Source of the DNA: Trichinella spiralis
Taxonomy: Eukaryota
DNA: 64,000 nt
Reading direction: 5' to 3'
NCBI RefSeq assembly: GCF_000181795.1
Contig: NW_003526943.1
Span: 10,861,759-10,925,758 of the forward strand
The position numbers and the translations under genes are program-made. This document shows, piece after piece, positions 1 to 14,053 of the stretch. The notes beneath the pieces are model-generated. The model did no database searches. It was not told the origin of the DNA and worked only from the letters and a program-made list of their open reading frames with translations. Each line of letters opens with the position of its first letter. The first letter of the stretch is position 1.

Positions 1-673
1 TCTGACGCGTGCCTGTAAATTTCATTTGCAGACACTCCTTTGCATTTTATTTGTCAAATATTATTTCATTCTATTTATCAAATTTTATTTTATTATATTT
101 GTTAAATTTCTTTCGTTTTATTTGTTAAATTTTATTTCATTTTATTTGTCAAATTTTATTTCTACCTTTTGACTGTTTTATAATAATTCTGTTGTTCTCA
201 GATTGAGGAAAGTAAGATAATGAAATTTCGATGAAAAAATAAAAATACAATACAATACAGACTGGAGCAAAATGGCGTTTTTTATATTGTATTAATGTAA
301 ATATCACCTATGGAAGAATTTGGCAATACTTTTGTTTCCATATTCATTGCAATGTGATGAATTTTACATACCAAATTACATTTTACATTTTACATATACC
401 CAAATGCGTAGGTCATGGTTTTATTTATTTGAGAAGACATTAATCAAACTATTTTTACATAGCACGGAATCTCCTGATCTATCGTACTTATACCGCTTTA
501 TTCAGCATTACAAAGTATAACATAGTATAATACGAAACAACAGTATAACATAATATAATACAATACAAACGAACAATATAATAAAACAAAACATCATACA
601 ATAGAAAAGCAATAAAAAACTGTACAGGAGTAAATAAAAATAAACAATGCAGTTGTACAGGAAAAGCTGGCAC

Positions 674-762
674 TCAGTAATTATCCGCCTCGGGTACTAG
701 GTACGCCACAGCTCTTAAAAACTGCTCCAGTGTACGCGTACCGCTGTTATGCGTTGCTGCAG
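674..762 (-). mobile_element. Fragment of a repeated transposon-derived ORF (probable C-terminus of a MULE-like transposase family), cut by the assembly gap
   Basis: Minus strand reads AATHNSGTRTLEQFLRAVAYLVPEADNY*. This resembles, from memory and without a search, the '..G.RTLEQFL.A..Y..PE' tail of a highly repeated Trichinella ORF family. It is locally GC-richer and abuts the N gap. Confidence 0.4.
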
Positions 763-772
763 NNNNNNNNNN
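763..772. other. Assembly gap (10 N)
   Basis: Run of n characters. Confidence 1.
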
Positions 773-3603
773 CCTCCCTCCCTCCCTTTCTCCTCCTCCT
801 CCTCCTGCCCCACCCCTCCCTGTCCAAGAACACAACAACAACAGTCGGTCGATCTTTTCCAATATTCGTGTAAATTCAACTTTTCCTCATCGTTTGTTCA
901 TGCTTACATAATCAGGGAAATTCCACAATATTGAAAAAGTCCCATTAAAAGATTCAATTAAATTAAATTTCAAAAAAAGAAAACAAGCAAAACACCACCA
1001 ATATAATCAAAGAATAAATAAAATTTGGACAACGCTTCGTTGTTCATCTTGCGCAACTAGTGTTCGCTAGTGGTAGTAGTAGTAGTAGAATCGATTGCAG
1101 AAAATTCGAATGAAACGTATGCAAACCGATCTCCTATTTGTCTAAGTGAAATTAATGGAAAATTTAAAAGGGAAATCAAAAGAAAAAAATGTTCACTAAA
1201 AGCATTATTTTACGAGCTCATTTTTAGATGTTCTTATTCAAAGGTGGTGAACAAAAGAACAAAGAAAAAAAATAACAAATTCAATCGTAATTTGCACCGT
1301 TTTCTACAAAAAATATCTTTCGATGAGCAGGTTAATATGGACTACGGTAGTTTATTTATTGCTCAAAATGCTGCTATTCTTTTTGTTTGAACGAAAGCAA
1401 TCGACGAACAATTTTATCGACGAACAATGGAATACTTCGAAAATTCTAACCGCTGCAAACAGAATAATCGCGCGCACCACACACACACATGCAAGCGTAC
1501 ATACAAATGCACACAATGCCGATCGTCAAATCAAAAAATGCTATATTAGGATAATATATATATATACTTTGTTTTCCTTAACAACAACCACAACAATTTT
1601 TATAATGCTAAAAATGCGATAAGAAAATTTACACTTTTAAGTGTACAAGTAAGCAATGGAAAAAGAAAAAATAAACCACAAAGCACATCACTAACGTCAA
1701 TCATTGTTCAAGCAAATTCAGAAGATAAAAAAAAAAGAAGCAGGAAAAGAAGGAGAAATTCAATCAATCAATTGTGCATTGAAGAAGTATTATAGAAACA
1801 AAAGTGAAACTGAAGATAGGAAAAGCAAAAACACTGCTAGCTAGCGAACCAAGCATCGAAATAAGCGACCAGTAAAAAGCTTGAATTTCACCAACTTTTG
1901 TACTGTGTGCTTGTAATAAATTATTAATTATGGAAAATGAACAATTGGAATCAATGTGCAAGAAACAACATAACGAATTGTTCATAGTGGAATAGCATTT
2001 TCACACAAGCATGTTGGAGAACACAAACCGATTGATCGAGACGATTATTATTATATTGTCTTATTACTTAAATGTGGCAAGAGTGAAAAAAAGCAAAGTA
2101 AAGAAAAATGTAGCGTTGAAAATTGAAAAAAACTTCATCACATAGACAAAAGAGAAGAAATTATTAACAATTCATCATTTCACCAATTGTCAAAGAGGGA
2201 AACAATTTTTACAAAAATACAATTTATAATTTGTCAAAATGATATTTTTCTTTCATTTATAGATATTAAAAGAAAAAACAATTCTTTGTATTCCGAACCT
2301 GTAAAGATGCATTTCCGTTGGTCAGACGTGATGTAAGTTTCTTCATTTTCTTTGCCAAATCTTTGTCAAAAGTGTTCACGTGATATCATGCGTTGCCGTT
2401 ATGAATAAAACAATTTAAAAAAAAGAAAAGAAAAAAAAATAATAAAAAACAAAAATGTTGCTTTTATTAAAAAAATAATATAATAATATGTTTTTTTACT
2501 GTTTAGAAGCAAGAAAACTAAGTTTGAAAAAAAATTTCCGCACAAATTTCTAAAAAGGAAAAAAAGCACAAAACAAAATAATAGAAAAAAATGCCAGTAA
2601 AGCAATCAGGCAATAATGATGATGATAATTATAATGATAATGATAATAATTGAACAAGTTTGAACGCAAAGCGACGTTTGCAAAAGCGCAGCTGCTGTGT
2701 TATTAGCTGCTTGCTGCTGCTAGTTGGTCTCGCAAATCGGCGGCGTTCGGCACCAATTGAGAAAAAGCAAGCCAGGAACTGCCGAATCGACCGACCGACC
2801 GACCAACGCCTAGCGTACATGCGCCTACTGCCGCACCCGGCGACAGCTTGAAAAACACACTTTACAGTATGATTGAATAAAAATAACTAGGTTCCATGGG
2901 TGTTGTGAAATTCATTATACGACAAATTGAGAAAGGAAACAAAACGAGCAAGTTGAACAGCAATTCTTCTTTTTTTCAACAAGACAGCTTCATTTTCAAA
3001 TTATCATCCATAATTGCTAAAAATTGAGCAGTTTCTTCAAGGTTTTTTTTTCTTCAATTTTGAACATTTACAATCTTTACTTCAATTACAGACAATCGCA
3101 GCTTGTATAAAAGTCTACGAAACAAAGAAAATAAACAAATAAATAAATAATATGAATTTTTGATTAACTGTGCCGAGTTTTGCAATCAATCGTAATGATC
3201 ATTGATCAACGTTGTCAATGCTTTTGTTCAAGGGATGGTTTTGTTGAGATTTTTTGCACAATTTAAAAAAAAGCGTAATAGCAATTATCTCGAAGAGAAA
3301 AGAAAAAATTGCATGATCATTATTATTAAACTTTTAACATAACATATGGAATTTTTTCAAAGGCAACTATACAAATGTAAGGATATGCTTTTATTTAAAT
3401 TTGAAGAAATTCATTTATAAAATGAACAAATATATATATTCTTTTATTGCATATTCCCTTTTTTTAAGATAAATTGGGATATCATTATGAAATTACTATT
3501 TGGAAATTTTGTTCAACGAACGTTCAAATAAATCATTCAGTCAGGAATTTTTGAAACGCATCATTCTAATTTTGCTTCACCGCTCGCTGTTCCATTGGAA
3601 ACA

Positions 3604-3607
<4 letters not shown>

Positions 3608-3650
<43 letters not shown>
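3608..3650. repeat. (TA)n microsatellite
   Basis: About 21 perfect AT units. Confidence 0.95.
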
Positions 3651-3656
<6 letters not shown>

Positions 3657-4781
3657 GAGTAACAACATCTTGTTAAATTTGTTCAATATGAATATCAATT
3701 GCAACTATCACTTACTTTACTTTGCCATTAATCAACAAAACCTCTCTGCTCTTATCTGAAAGTTTTCAAGTAAACTTTGAAATATAACAATAATTTTAAT
3801 ATCTTTCTATTTATAAAGATTTTATTAAAATTTACCACTAAGCAAAAAAAAATTACATGTTTACAATAACAAAAATAAATAATACAATATAAGAAATGAA
3901 AAAAAAAATCTTTCTTTTCCACTTTGCTTGCGGCTTTTTATATTTTACATATTGAAAAATTTGCATTAGTAAAAGGGGAAAAATACAACAATACTCAAGA
4001 ATAATCGATCAATAATAATAATTGAGAAAACAAACATAATAAGAAGTTTTCAATGCATTTCCAATTTCACATGCTATTGAAAATTTTATTATTTTAATTG
4101 ACCAGTCGGTCAATAAATTTATTCTTTCTTTTTTGCAACCTGCTTTCATATTTGAGTATATTTGAACGTGATAACTATTTCATCAAACTCTATATAAATA
4201 TAAATATAAATAAAACAATCACACACAATTAATGCATTAACAATGCACATCTGGCCGTCAAAGGTGGCATTAAAAATACTGACAAAAAAATTTGCTATAA
4301 CAAGCTTAATGCTAAAAAAATTACATTGTCTAGCTTGTAATAATGTTAAAAACATAAAAATAAGCATAATCATGCATTTCATTTTTCTTAAAATAAATCT
4401 TGAACAGAAAATTGTTTTGCACGAGTTTGCATTCAAAAAATTTTTAAATTGATTATCAATTCTACATTTCATCTCGCGTCAGAGCAATTTTAAAAATACA
4501 CTTGCAAAATTATTAATATTATTCGATAATTTTTATTTGAATAAATCTGAGAAAAAAAATTAAAAGTCAACTAACTGTTCAACAAGATATTGGTGAATTG
4601 AATTTCAACTTAAAATACATATACAGCATTGAAATTTTTGTTTTTTTTCATTTACAAAAAAAGTTAATTATGAAAAAAGGCATCCCAAATGAAAAAATTT
4701 GTAAAATAAGGAAGACATTTCTACAATAATTGTTAAATTAAACAAATTATCGAAGAAAGACAAAAAAAAAGAAATCGCCAT

Positions 4782-7700
4782 TCATACGCAGTTCGATACG
4801 GATATGAGCGGATTTTCAGAATATACAGCTGACAGCAATCTCAGTTGGTCACTTTCTTGTTTGAAACTCAACGCCACTCCCATAAATGGCAACGTTTTGC
4901 TTCTTGTAAGAAATTCACAATTTCTTATAAAAGTCACGTTGAATCTTGAATTTAAATTAAAAAAATAAACTTTTCCAGCATGGTGAATTATATATAAATA
5001 TAATACTTTGCCGGTGGGTGTCTTTTCGCCTCTGCTCCTATGAACCACAAAAAATCACTAATTCTCCACACTTGTTCAGCGTTATCATCCTGAATATAAT
5101 TTTATTATTATTATTATTATTCTTATTATTATTGTTTTAGTTATGAAAATCAATTTCACATTTCACCTTTTGATTTCGAAAAAGCATCAGTTCATTTGGG
5201 AAAAGTGCCAAGTATCGTTTGGCAAACGACTTCGTCACACTAACATAAGCCGTACTCCAAGGTGATGATGATGTAAATTTAGTTGCGTACTGAAATAAAT
5301 AAATTTTAAACTTTGATTTAAAAAAATTCAACGGATATTATTTTTTTTAAAAATCAGCTCACATCGTTCAACTTTGATGAAATTGAATCCCCTTTGACGA
5401 TCAAATAATTACCAACACGATCTCCCAGAGGCCAAGATATCCAACGCATGATGATATCAAAAACAGATTCATCCGACGGTACTAGACGTTCTGAAGATGA
5501 AAAAACTATTATCAGTGTTATTAATAAAATGGAAAAGACGAAACAGAAAAAGAATATTTCAACGAACCAAGTTGCCCATCACAGATAACTTCAAACAGTG
5601 CAATTTGGGATGGCAACGATGCCACGCCGCGTGATCGCACGTATTCACAAACATTTTCGGCAGTCAAATCCACACCCACCTGAAGCAAATAAATTATAAA
5701 ATTAAAATTTCATTACTTCAACTAGAAGAATACAATGACAGTATTTTCGTCTTTAGATATAGATTTATATATATACCTTGATGTTGAAAGAAATTCGATC
5801 CTTTTCCAAAACGTGCAAACAATGCAAAATTCCACTACTGACTTTCTACAGAAAAATAAACAAATAAAATCACAAGTTTAAAATATATTCAAAAACCAAC
5901 AACTTTTGGAGTTCCTGTAGGACTGATGAGCTTTTTCTTCGCTTTTTGTACTAGCGAATCTCGTCGATTCTCCTCTTCGCTGATGTTGAACAAAATTTCA
6001 TAATTTTCAATCAAATCTGCCATAACGGTGAACAGTTTCACGCTATATTGAAAACTGATTTTATCTTTGTCATCGTCAATCTGCATATGAAAAAACATAA
6101 TAAAATAAAATATAATCATGTGAAAATGTGGCCAGTGTATAATCTATACTTGATTCATGCGAAAAATTGTCGGACTGAAAATGCAAGCCAAATTTTGCAC
6201 GTTCATTTTGTTCGTCTCACTGAACTGAGTCACCTCTTTCAAATGACCAACAAGCTTGCGCAACGTTGAATAATTTATTCGACCAAGCTGCCGAATTGCC
6301 TCATCATAATACCTCAGTCGACATTTCCACTCGACCGTATCTATGATAGCAATGCAAATTATTGGTTTATTTCAAAAAACAAACAAACAACAACAACAAC
6401 AATAATTCAATAATTTCAATATTTACCGTTGATATGATTAAGTAAACTGATGGTGATATTTTTCGGTACCAAGGGTTCGTCTACTGAAGCGAGAAACTTT
6501 CGCAGAACACTGGTTACAGTATGCACAGAATGTTCATGAGGCAAAAGGTGAGTTGAAAATGGATCTACAAAAAATTCAAAAGCATAAAATAGATGGAATC
6601 GAATCAGAACAAGAAAAAAATAAGAATAGCAACCAACCGACAATCAATTTGGAATAAAGATCGTCAATTTTGGAAACAGTACCACACATGCGATGAATAC
6701 CTTCAGTTTCCAACCCTGCAACCATCGGAAGATAACAACAACAACAATAAAAAAAAAGAAATTATCAGATAATAATCAAAAAATAAAATATCCTTCTACC
6801 GTAAACAGAAATGAAATTAATGCACTTTTCCACAATCATTGGTACATTGTCAGAAGATAATCGTTGCTCGGACAACACATTGCTTTGTTTCTGAAAGAAA
6901 TTGAATAATGATAAGGTATAAAATGCTTCATTTATGATTTGTCTTTTACATTAATCATTGATTGAACAACGGCTCTCCAAGCTGAAGTTATCGCTTTAGA
7001 ATCTGCTTGAATCCAAAGAGTACTGAAAATAAAACCAATATTAATTAATAATATGAATTTTTTAAATCATACTCATTTTCCATTAACAAGGCAAAACAAG
7101 GACCCTTTTCTTTTACATCTGCACAGCATTCGTGCTTTTCTGCCATATCTCCTGTTTGATAAATCAAAAAAAAATAATAAACTTCAAACTCTTGACAAAA
7201 ATAATTGCAATCACATACGGATACTGTAAACTTTGCGAAAATCAACTTCGAAAAAACAATCAATTCCTTCCGTGGCATAATACAATGAATAATTTCTTTT
7301 AACCAAATCTGCACATGTCCAGATCTAAAAGATATTTTCAATTTTTACAATATTAAAAAAAACATAAGAACAGTAACTCTTACTCTTGTAGTACCATGTT
7401 TGATGTACACTTTTCCAACCGTGTCGAAAACCTTAAATTAATGGAAAAAATGAATATTAATTTTGAAAACAAAAATTCCTTACGCCATCCATTCCACCCA
7501 TCACATCGCCAATAATGCTCTAAAGTAAAAAATAAAACCGAACATCAGTTGCAAATTTAAATAAATTGTTTCAAAACAAAAATATAAATTCAGTATAATT
7601 CAACCTTTCCAAGTAGTGTTATCCAAGCGGTCAGATCATTTTCATCTTCTACCACAAAACGCCTGAATTTGATTTTCTTCCTCTTCGGATGCATGTAGTG

Positions 7701-9732
7701 TAAAATCAGCACAGGCTCTACTGCCGATTCTGAGGAATGTTGTTTAGAAACTAGCAATATCTTATTGCAAGGCAAGCAGTCGATCAATTTTTCACACTAA
7801 AACTAAATGCTTGTATAAAATTCAAATTAAAAACAAAAAGCAAAAAGAACCAACTTACAGTATCATCGACAAAAAAGGACAACTTTTTGTTTTTCAGCAC
7901 AGCCCACATTTTAGTCATTGCTATAAAAAAAAGAAATCTAATTAATAATAGTGATAATTTTATGTACAATCTGTGGAACAATTGGATGTAAAAATATCAC
8001 ACTGCTTATATAATTGTTTGCAAATATTGCAAATTTAGTATGAGCAATAGAAAAGATTGCATGCATCATTTGCATTTTACTTGTTGCTCTTCCTTTCTTT
8101 CCACCTATCCATCCTACAAAACACACGTTGGCGTTGAGAGTCAAAATGGGGCTGTGAGGTTGGTTTGATGCTGTATCGCCATTTCCAACACTTTCAGCAT
8201 TGTTGTTACCGATGGAATTCAGCCGATCTTCAATCGGTTCTGATTCACCACCGGAAGACCAAGAAACCGAGTTCCAAAGAGAATTATCACTACCAACTGA
8301 CTGTGCATCACGATAGCTTGTCTAAAATTTAAATAAATTTCCATATCCATCAAATCAATGTAAATCAATGTCAGCGTAACATTCAATAAAGTTGAAATGA
8401 AATAACATTTCAGTCAAAAACGACTAAATTTGTTATTAAATGTTATTTGTTTAACTATATCAAAATTACAAATTTCATCCAGCTTAAAAACAATGAGCAC
8501 AAATAACAGTTGGATGTCAAGTGATGGATTTCTTCAGTTGGGCAACAAATTCCAAAGACTACAACTACAGCAGCACAATGCACAAAAAATTTGAATTACT
8601 TTTTATAATAAATTTTAAAAAAATTGAAATGCTATATATTAAATTGTGAACCATTAAAAATAATATTAAACTTCGAGTACAGACTACTTGTACCTTCCAT
8701 CTATCATGAAAAAGTGTGTGCATTAGCATAAACCATGAAAAACACTATAATAATGTATAAATTGACATACTATAGAGAATCTGAAGGATTATATTGTAAA
8801 ATCAGAAATTAATAGTAAAACTACTGATACATGGAGAAATAGAAAAACGACAGAGTAAATTTGAAAAAAGTACTGTTTTCTTCATACCTGACGATTGATG
8901 ACTGACTGTAAATGTGCTACAGTATATATCACACTTCAGTTGATTTAAAAATAGATCTTTTCGTTTGAAAAAAAAATAGTTTCCCAGTGTTTAAAACAAT
9001 AAAAAGTGAAATTATTCCTTTGTAAAGTTTGTGTGGAATATTAAAATTTAATAGTTTAATATAGAACAGGTGATCAAAATTGAATAATAATAATAAAAGG
9101 CCAGTTTCAATCACAAAAGCAAAACCATCGTTCAGTTGAACCGCATAGAAATTGTCGGTAAAATGTTTACGCGAGCAAATCAAAGAATTATTGATCGATG
9201 AAAAAATGTACGCGTCTGTTGAACCATTTTCCAATAAATGCTTGCATACAAACGATTGCCAGTATACAATTTCAGTAGAGGCTGGCAACAATTGTTGTTG
9301 ACCTAAGCAAATTATAACAATGCCATCAAAACTACTTTAGTAAAAATAAAAAAATAATTATCATCATAAAGTTAATTATTATTTTTTTAACAACACAATT
9401 GGTGATCAATTTACATTTTTTTTCACTGTTAACTAAAAGTTGTGATGTGTGAATCATCGAAATTGTCGAATGATGTTTCATCGCAAAAAAAACAAAAAAA
9501 GAAGAAATCAAACCTCGTTCGAATCTAATGCATCGATGGATGTGCAAAGTTCATTAAGGGCGTTGTCCATTTCTGCTTTTTGAACAACTTCATCCACTTG
9601 CTCAGCAGTGTCAACTCTTGCCAATCCGGCATTATCCAAGCCTTGGTTGGATTTCTGTACAGCATGGGCAGTGTCGGGCTTTTTGAGCTTGGAAAGCCGA
9701 GGAGTTGGTTTCGGCGGCGTGTCCAAATCCAT
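4782..9732 (-). CDS. ARAP/centaurin-delta-like Rho GTPase-activating protein (PH-PH-RhoGAP-RA-PH), ~20 exons
   Basis: Manual splicing gives MDLDTPPKPTPR (ATG 9732); PH segments (KMWAVLKNKKLSFF, FVVEDENDLTAWITLL, TLWIQADSKAITSAW); RhoGAP (LSEQRLSSDNVPMIVEKCINFISVY-GLETEGIHRMCG with the arginine finger, TSVLRKFL, YSTLRKLVGHL, NKMNVQNLACIFSPTIF); RA-like (LFEVICDGQL-ERLVPSDESVFDIIMRW); final PH (FLWFIGAEAKRHPP); stop at 4782. The 5' end is less certain. Confidence 0.85.
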
Positions 9733-11145
9733 TTCAAGCCTGCTTGGTGCCAACTTTCTGAAGCTGCTTTGTCAAAAATGAGTCCTCCACAAGCAACAAG
9801 AACAGAACAACGCTGGCAGGCATGAAATTGCAAAAGCAACCGGCTGAAAAGCGCGCTTATTTGCTGCCGGGAGGGCACGGCTGCAGCTAATCGTTGCCCA
9901 ATGTAGAACAATTTTCCAACAGGAAATCAACAATCAGTACAATCACCACAATGGCTAACAGGAAATGATGCCGCTTATTTCAAAATACCGTCCGGTCAAA
10001 CCGTATGAAAATTTTCCATCAATGCTTGCTTTTCAACAAACGGAAAGATAACGCCAATACACACACATATGAAAGAATCGAACAAAACAAAATCAAATTC
10101 AAATATGAATCACCATAGGTCAGACGACCATATGCATATGCAGACGAATCATACGAGCTGAAATAATACTCACGGGTCAGATGTTTTAAAAATCAAATCC
10201 CAATATAATAACTATTACATTCATAAAATTAAAACGACATGCAAGTAATAAATTTATGAAACATTATGAATTATAAAATAATTTATTAAAACGAACAATA
10301 TTAAAAAAAATATTTCTGAATAACCTGTTCAGTTAACACGAATCAATGTTATACATGTTAAACTAATTTAACATAAACATGGTGGCCCAAAATTAAGAAA
10401 ACAAATGCTTATATACTGACATAATACTGAATTACAGTAATCATAAAAAATTAAATTATCTGTAAAAATTATTTAAAAAATTTATTTATTTAACAATAAT
10501 TAACTTTTTTATATCACAAATAATTAAACTGAAAAGAGAAAAGAATAAATACGTCATTCAAGTAAATAATTATACAATCATCATGCCAACGTAAAAATTG
10601 CAATACATCAAAATTAAGAAATGATTTGAAATTTATGCTAAACATTTCGAAATATCATTATAAATCAACATTAAAATAAAGGAGACATTTAAGTAAGAAA
10701 TGTACCTTTTTTTTAAACAATCATGCCTACTTTGTCATAGCAGAACATTTCAACATGCAAATCTTGCGATAGAATAAATTTCTTTTCCTGATAAATTTAT
10801 AATTAAGCATCAACAACACCGTACTTGAGAAGAATACACTTTAGAAACAACTTAACTATTATTAATTGTAATAGCAATAAATAAGTGTTGAATAAATCTG
10901 TAATTTACAAAGCTATTTATTAAGCTCAAAATTATAAAATTTTATTAAAAATTATTTTATTGCTGAATAGTAATCTGTTATTTGGTAAAGGCAAATCTAT
11001 TCTAAAAAAACTTTCCAAAAAATGACTGAACACGAGTTTCAAATTTACTGTATAGTTTGCAGTTCAACAGAATGTTGCAGTTATGTTTGTGTTGAACTGG
11101 ACCGTATTTTAAATAGCACTGAGATTTAATTTTTAATTTTAAAAA

Positions 11146-13350
11146 ATGGTAGATCAACCGAAAAAGTAAGTCATTTTTGAATAGAATTTGAAGTATTTTG
11201 CATTAAATGAAACTTAATTAAATTAAATGTATCCGAATAATTATCCAAAATAAATAATCAAATGTGATAAAACTAGAACTTTCTTCAAACGCTGATAAAG
11301 CAATGTATTTTTACTGTTTAGATATGGACTGATTTTAAAAAAATCTGCGAAAGCTCCGTTATCCGCTTCCAAACTTAGCGTATTTGATAGTTCTAGTGAT
11401 GAAGAACCGGTATAATAGTTTTGAAATTAGCTTCTGATTATTAATACATACATATATTAACATTTTTCTCATTTTATAGAAAGAAGCATCTATTTCTAAA
11501 GCGAAGACGGTAGCGCAAAGCTCATTGAAACTTCAGGTAGGCGTTTTGCTTATTTATTGTATAGGAAGTTGCATTTTAAAGTAACAATATATTTTGAAAT
11601 TATATTTCATTATTGATTTGTTTTAATAGCATTCTTAAATTTACACGTCATAATTAGTTTAGAATCATGAATTAATTATTATTTATTTCAAATGTAGCAG
11701 TTTCCGATCATGTTCTAAAGTGAACAGTTTTAAGATATATATATTTTTCAGAATATATTCATAAAGTCAATTTTTGCATTTGTAGAAGAGAATGCTTTTT
11801 TTAGCATGCAGTACAGATTGAAAATGCTTTAATAGAAGATCCAACAGCATTTCAATATGATGAAGTGTACGATGAAATGCAAGAAAAGCGGAAGAATAGA
11901 AAAGAAGATAATGAAGCCAAGAAGGATAGAAAAGTGCTTCTTTCAACTATAATTTAAGCTTAGAAGATAAATAAATTTTATTTTTAGCCAAAGTATGTGC
12001 ATTCATTGCTGGCTGCTGCTCATAGGCGGCAAATGGAATATGAAGCTGTGGAAGAAAGGAAACAGCAGCGTGAAAGAGAAGCCGAAGGCGATCAGTTCGC
12101 AGATAAAGAAGTATGACATTACATTTCACTTATAATTTGTAATAATTCGATTTATTTTGAAAGCTATTTTTTGCGTTATAAAGTGAAATTTGAAGCTTTA
12201 CAGTATATAGAAAATCATGTTCTATTTGAATAAGAGTTACAGTATAAAAATATATAATAATTTTATTTTCTATGTATTAATTTTGAAATTATTATAGACG
12301 GTATTTTAAAAATTAAATTGTATTTTTGTGAAATATTTTAGGTTTTTGTTACTGGTACATATCGTCGCAAATTAGAAGAATTGCAGAAGCACAATGAAGA
12401 AATGGAACGGAAAGACAGATTGGATGGTTTCTGTTTATTGTATTTTATTTTGTCTTTTTGTGCTTTATTAACAGTTATAATTTAAGCTATGATGGATGTG
12501 TCAAAACAGAAAGATTTGTCTGGGTTTTATCGTCATCTTCTTGCTGATGTGACTGCGGAAAGTTCGAATTCAACGAGGTTTTGTACTTTTATATTACTAA
12601 AGAAATTTTTTGGTTAAGAAATGTAAAAAGCTCCTTTTCAGTGCCGATGCTTCATCGCAAAATATTAATGATAAACTGGTGGGGTTTGATAAAATTGAAT
12701 CAAAGACGAATACGAAAAAGCAATACAGGCGAATGCGTGATGAATCATCATCATCTTCGTCAGAAAGTGAAGTTGCGAAAGATGATCAGAAGAATACAGG
12801 TGATGTAAGTGATTTTGAAATGGACGAAGAGCAGATTAAAGAGGAATTAAATAAAAGCAAATTGGAAGCAAACAGGAGAAAACAGACGCGTCACAGGCAG
12901 TTTTACACTCCCAGCCCACCTCCACAATTGCATCATCATCATCGTCATCGTCATCGTTCAAGACGAGAGGAAGAAAGACATGCAGATCGACATCGACATA
13001 GATCACCAAAGGAAAGGCGACATCACAGATCTCATAAATATAGACCAAGGGACTCTCCGTTTGGCGATGAAAAACGTCGAACGCATTCGAAAAAGCGTGA
13101 TCATGATACTGTTAAAAGGGAATCTGTTCGTTCTAACAGAAAATCATCCGAAGGTGAGAATGCGGAAAGTTTAGAACAAGAAGCCGATCCTGTGTTGGGT
13201 ACTGTCGATCCAAAAGTAGTTAAAGCAAAACGTTTGAAAAAGCTGAAGCAAATTTTTGCCCATCGAAATGATGAGCAGGCAATTGAAGAGTACCGTGCAC
13301 GTTATCTGCAGCGCAAACAAATTCGAGAAGCAGCTACTGTTGATGTTTAA
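11146..13350 (+). CDS. NSRP1: Nuclear speckle splicing regulatory protein 1 (CCDC55/DUF2040), ~8 exons
   Basis: MVDQPKK|YGLILKK...; ALIEDPTAFQYDEVYDEMQ; PKYVHSLLAAAHRRQMEYE...EREAEGDQFADKE|VFVTGTYRRKLEE; MDVSKQKDLSGFYRHLL; R/H/S-rich tail ending FAHRNDEQAIEEYRARYLQRK. Confidence 0.92.
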
Positions 13351-13981
13351 AAAATTATACGTTAGCTTTTAATTTAAAATTATTTACAAAGAAACTGCTG
13401 ACATGTGTAAGAAGAATTGTTTTTCTGTAGAATAAAAGTTATTTATGGCATTTATTGTGCATAACAAAGATGAGCGACAGAAGACAGTAAACAATTTCAG
13501 CGTTAATTTAATGTATTATTATCGACTGTTGTTGTTGATAGTGGGCGTTACTTAATTAACACATTTGAAAATTAATGATGCATAAAATATGATAAATGCT
13601 GTAGTTAGATAAATAATCTTCTCTGAAGCATTCTTCACAGTTTCTTGTTTTTTTAATTCTACACATTAAAACATTACGTATACATTAAAAATTGCATATC
13701 TGATAATTTATTTTAAAAAATTAATAATATATTTTTAGCGTTTCATTTGAAAGCATTAATGTTAACAGCGTAGAAATTGATTAAAGTCGATGTTTGATTT
13801 GAAAAGATAAAAATATTTAAAACTCTTAGTAGTCAAATATTAGAAAATTTTGCATTTGGCTAAAAACAGTTACTTTCTCCCCGAATGGAACAAGCACAAA
13901 TAAAGCAAGATGCAAAAAAATAAATTTTAAATTTCAACGGACTATGCTATTATTTTGTAAAACTACGCAATGAAAAGATTC

Positions 13982-14053
13982 TGCCGTGACCAGGATTCGA
14001 ACCTGGGTTATTGCGGCCACAACGCAATGTCCTAACCACTAGACGATCACGGC
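13982..14053 (-). tRNA. tRNA-His (GTG)
   Basis: Reverse complement GCCGTGATCGTCTAGTGGTTAGGACATTGCGTTGTGGCCGCAATAACCCAGGTTCGAATCCTGGTCACGGCA gives a full cloverleaf, anticodon GTG, and A and B boxes. Confidence 0.97.

Noticed and set aside
6788..6796. ATATCCTTC, like a U12 intron 5' splice site
   Set aside because: On the wrong strand for the host gene; the intron there is ordinary GT-AG.
7319..7331. CCAGATCTAAAAG, resembling the 3' part of a Trichinella spliced leader as I recall it
   Set aside because: Only 13 nt, not followed by a GT donor or Sm site, and it is the antisense of an intron acceptor in the RhoGAP gene.
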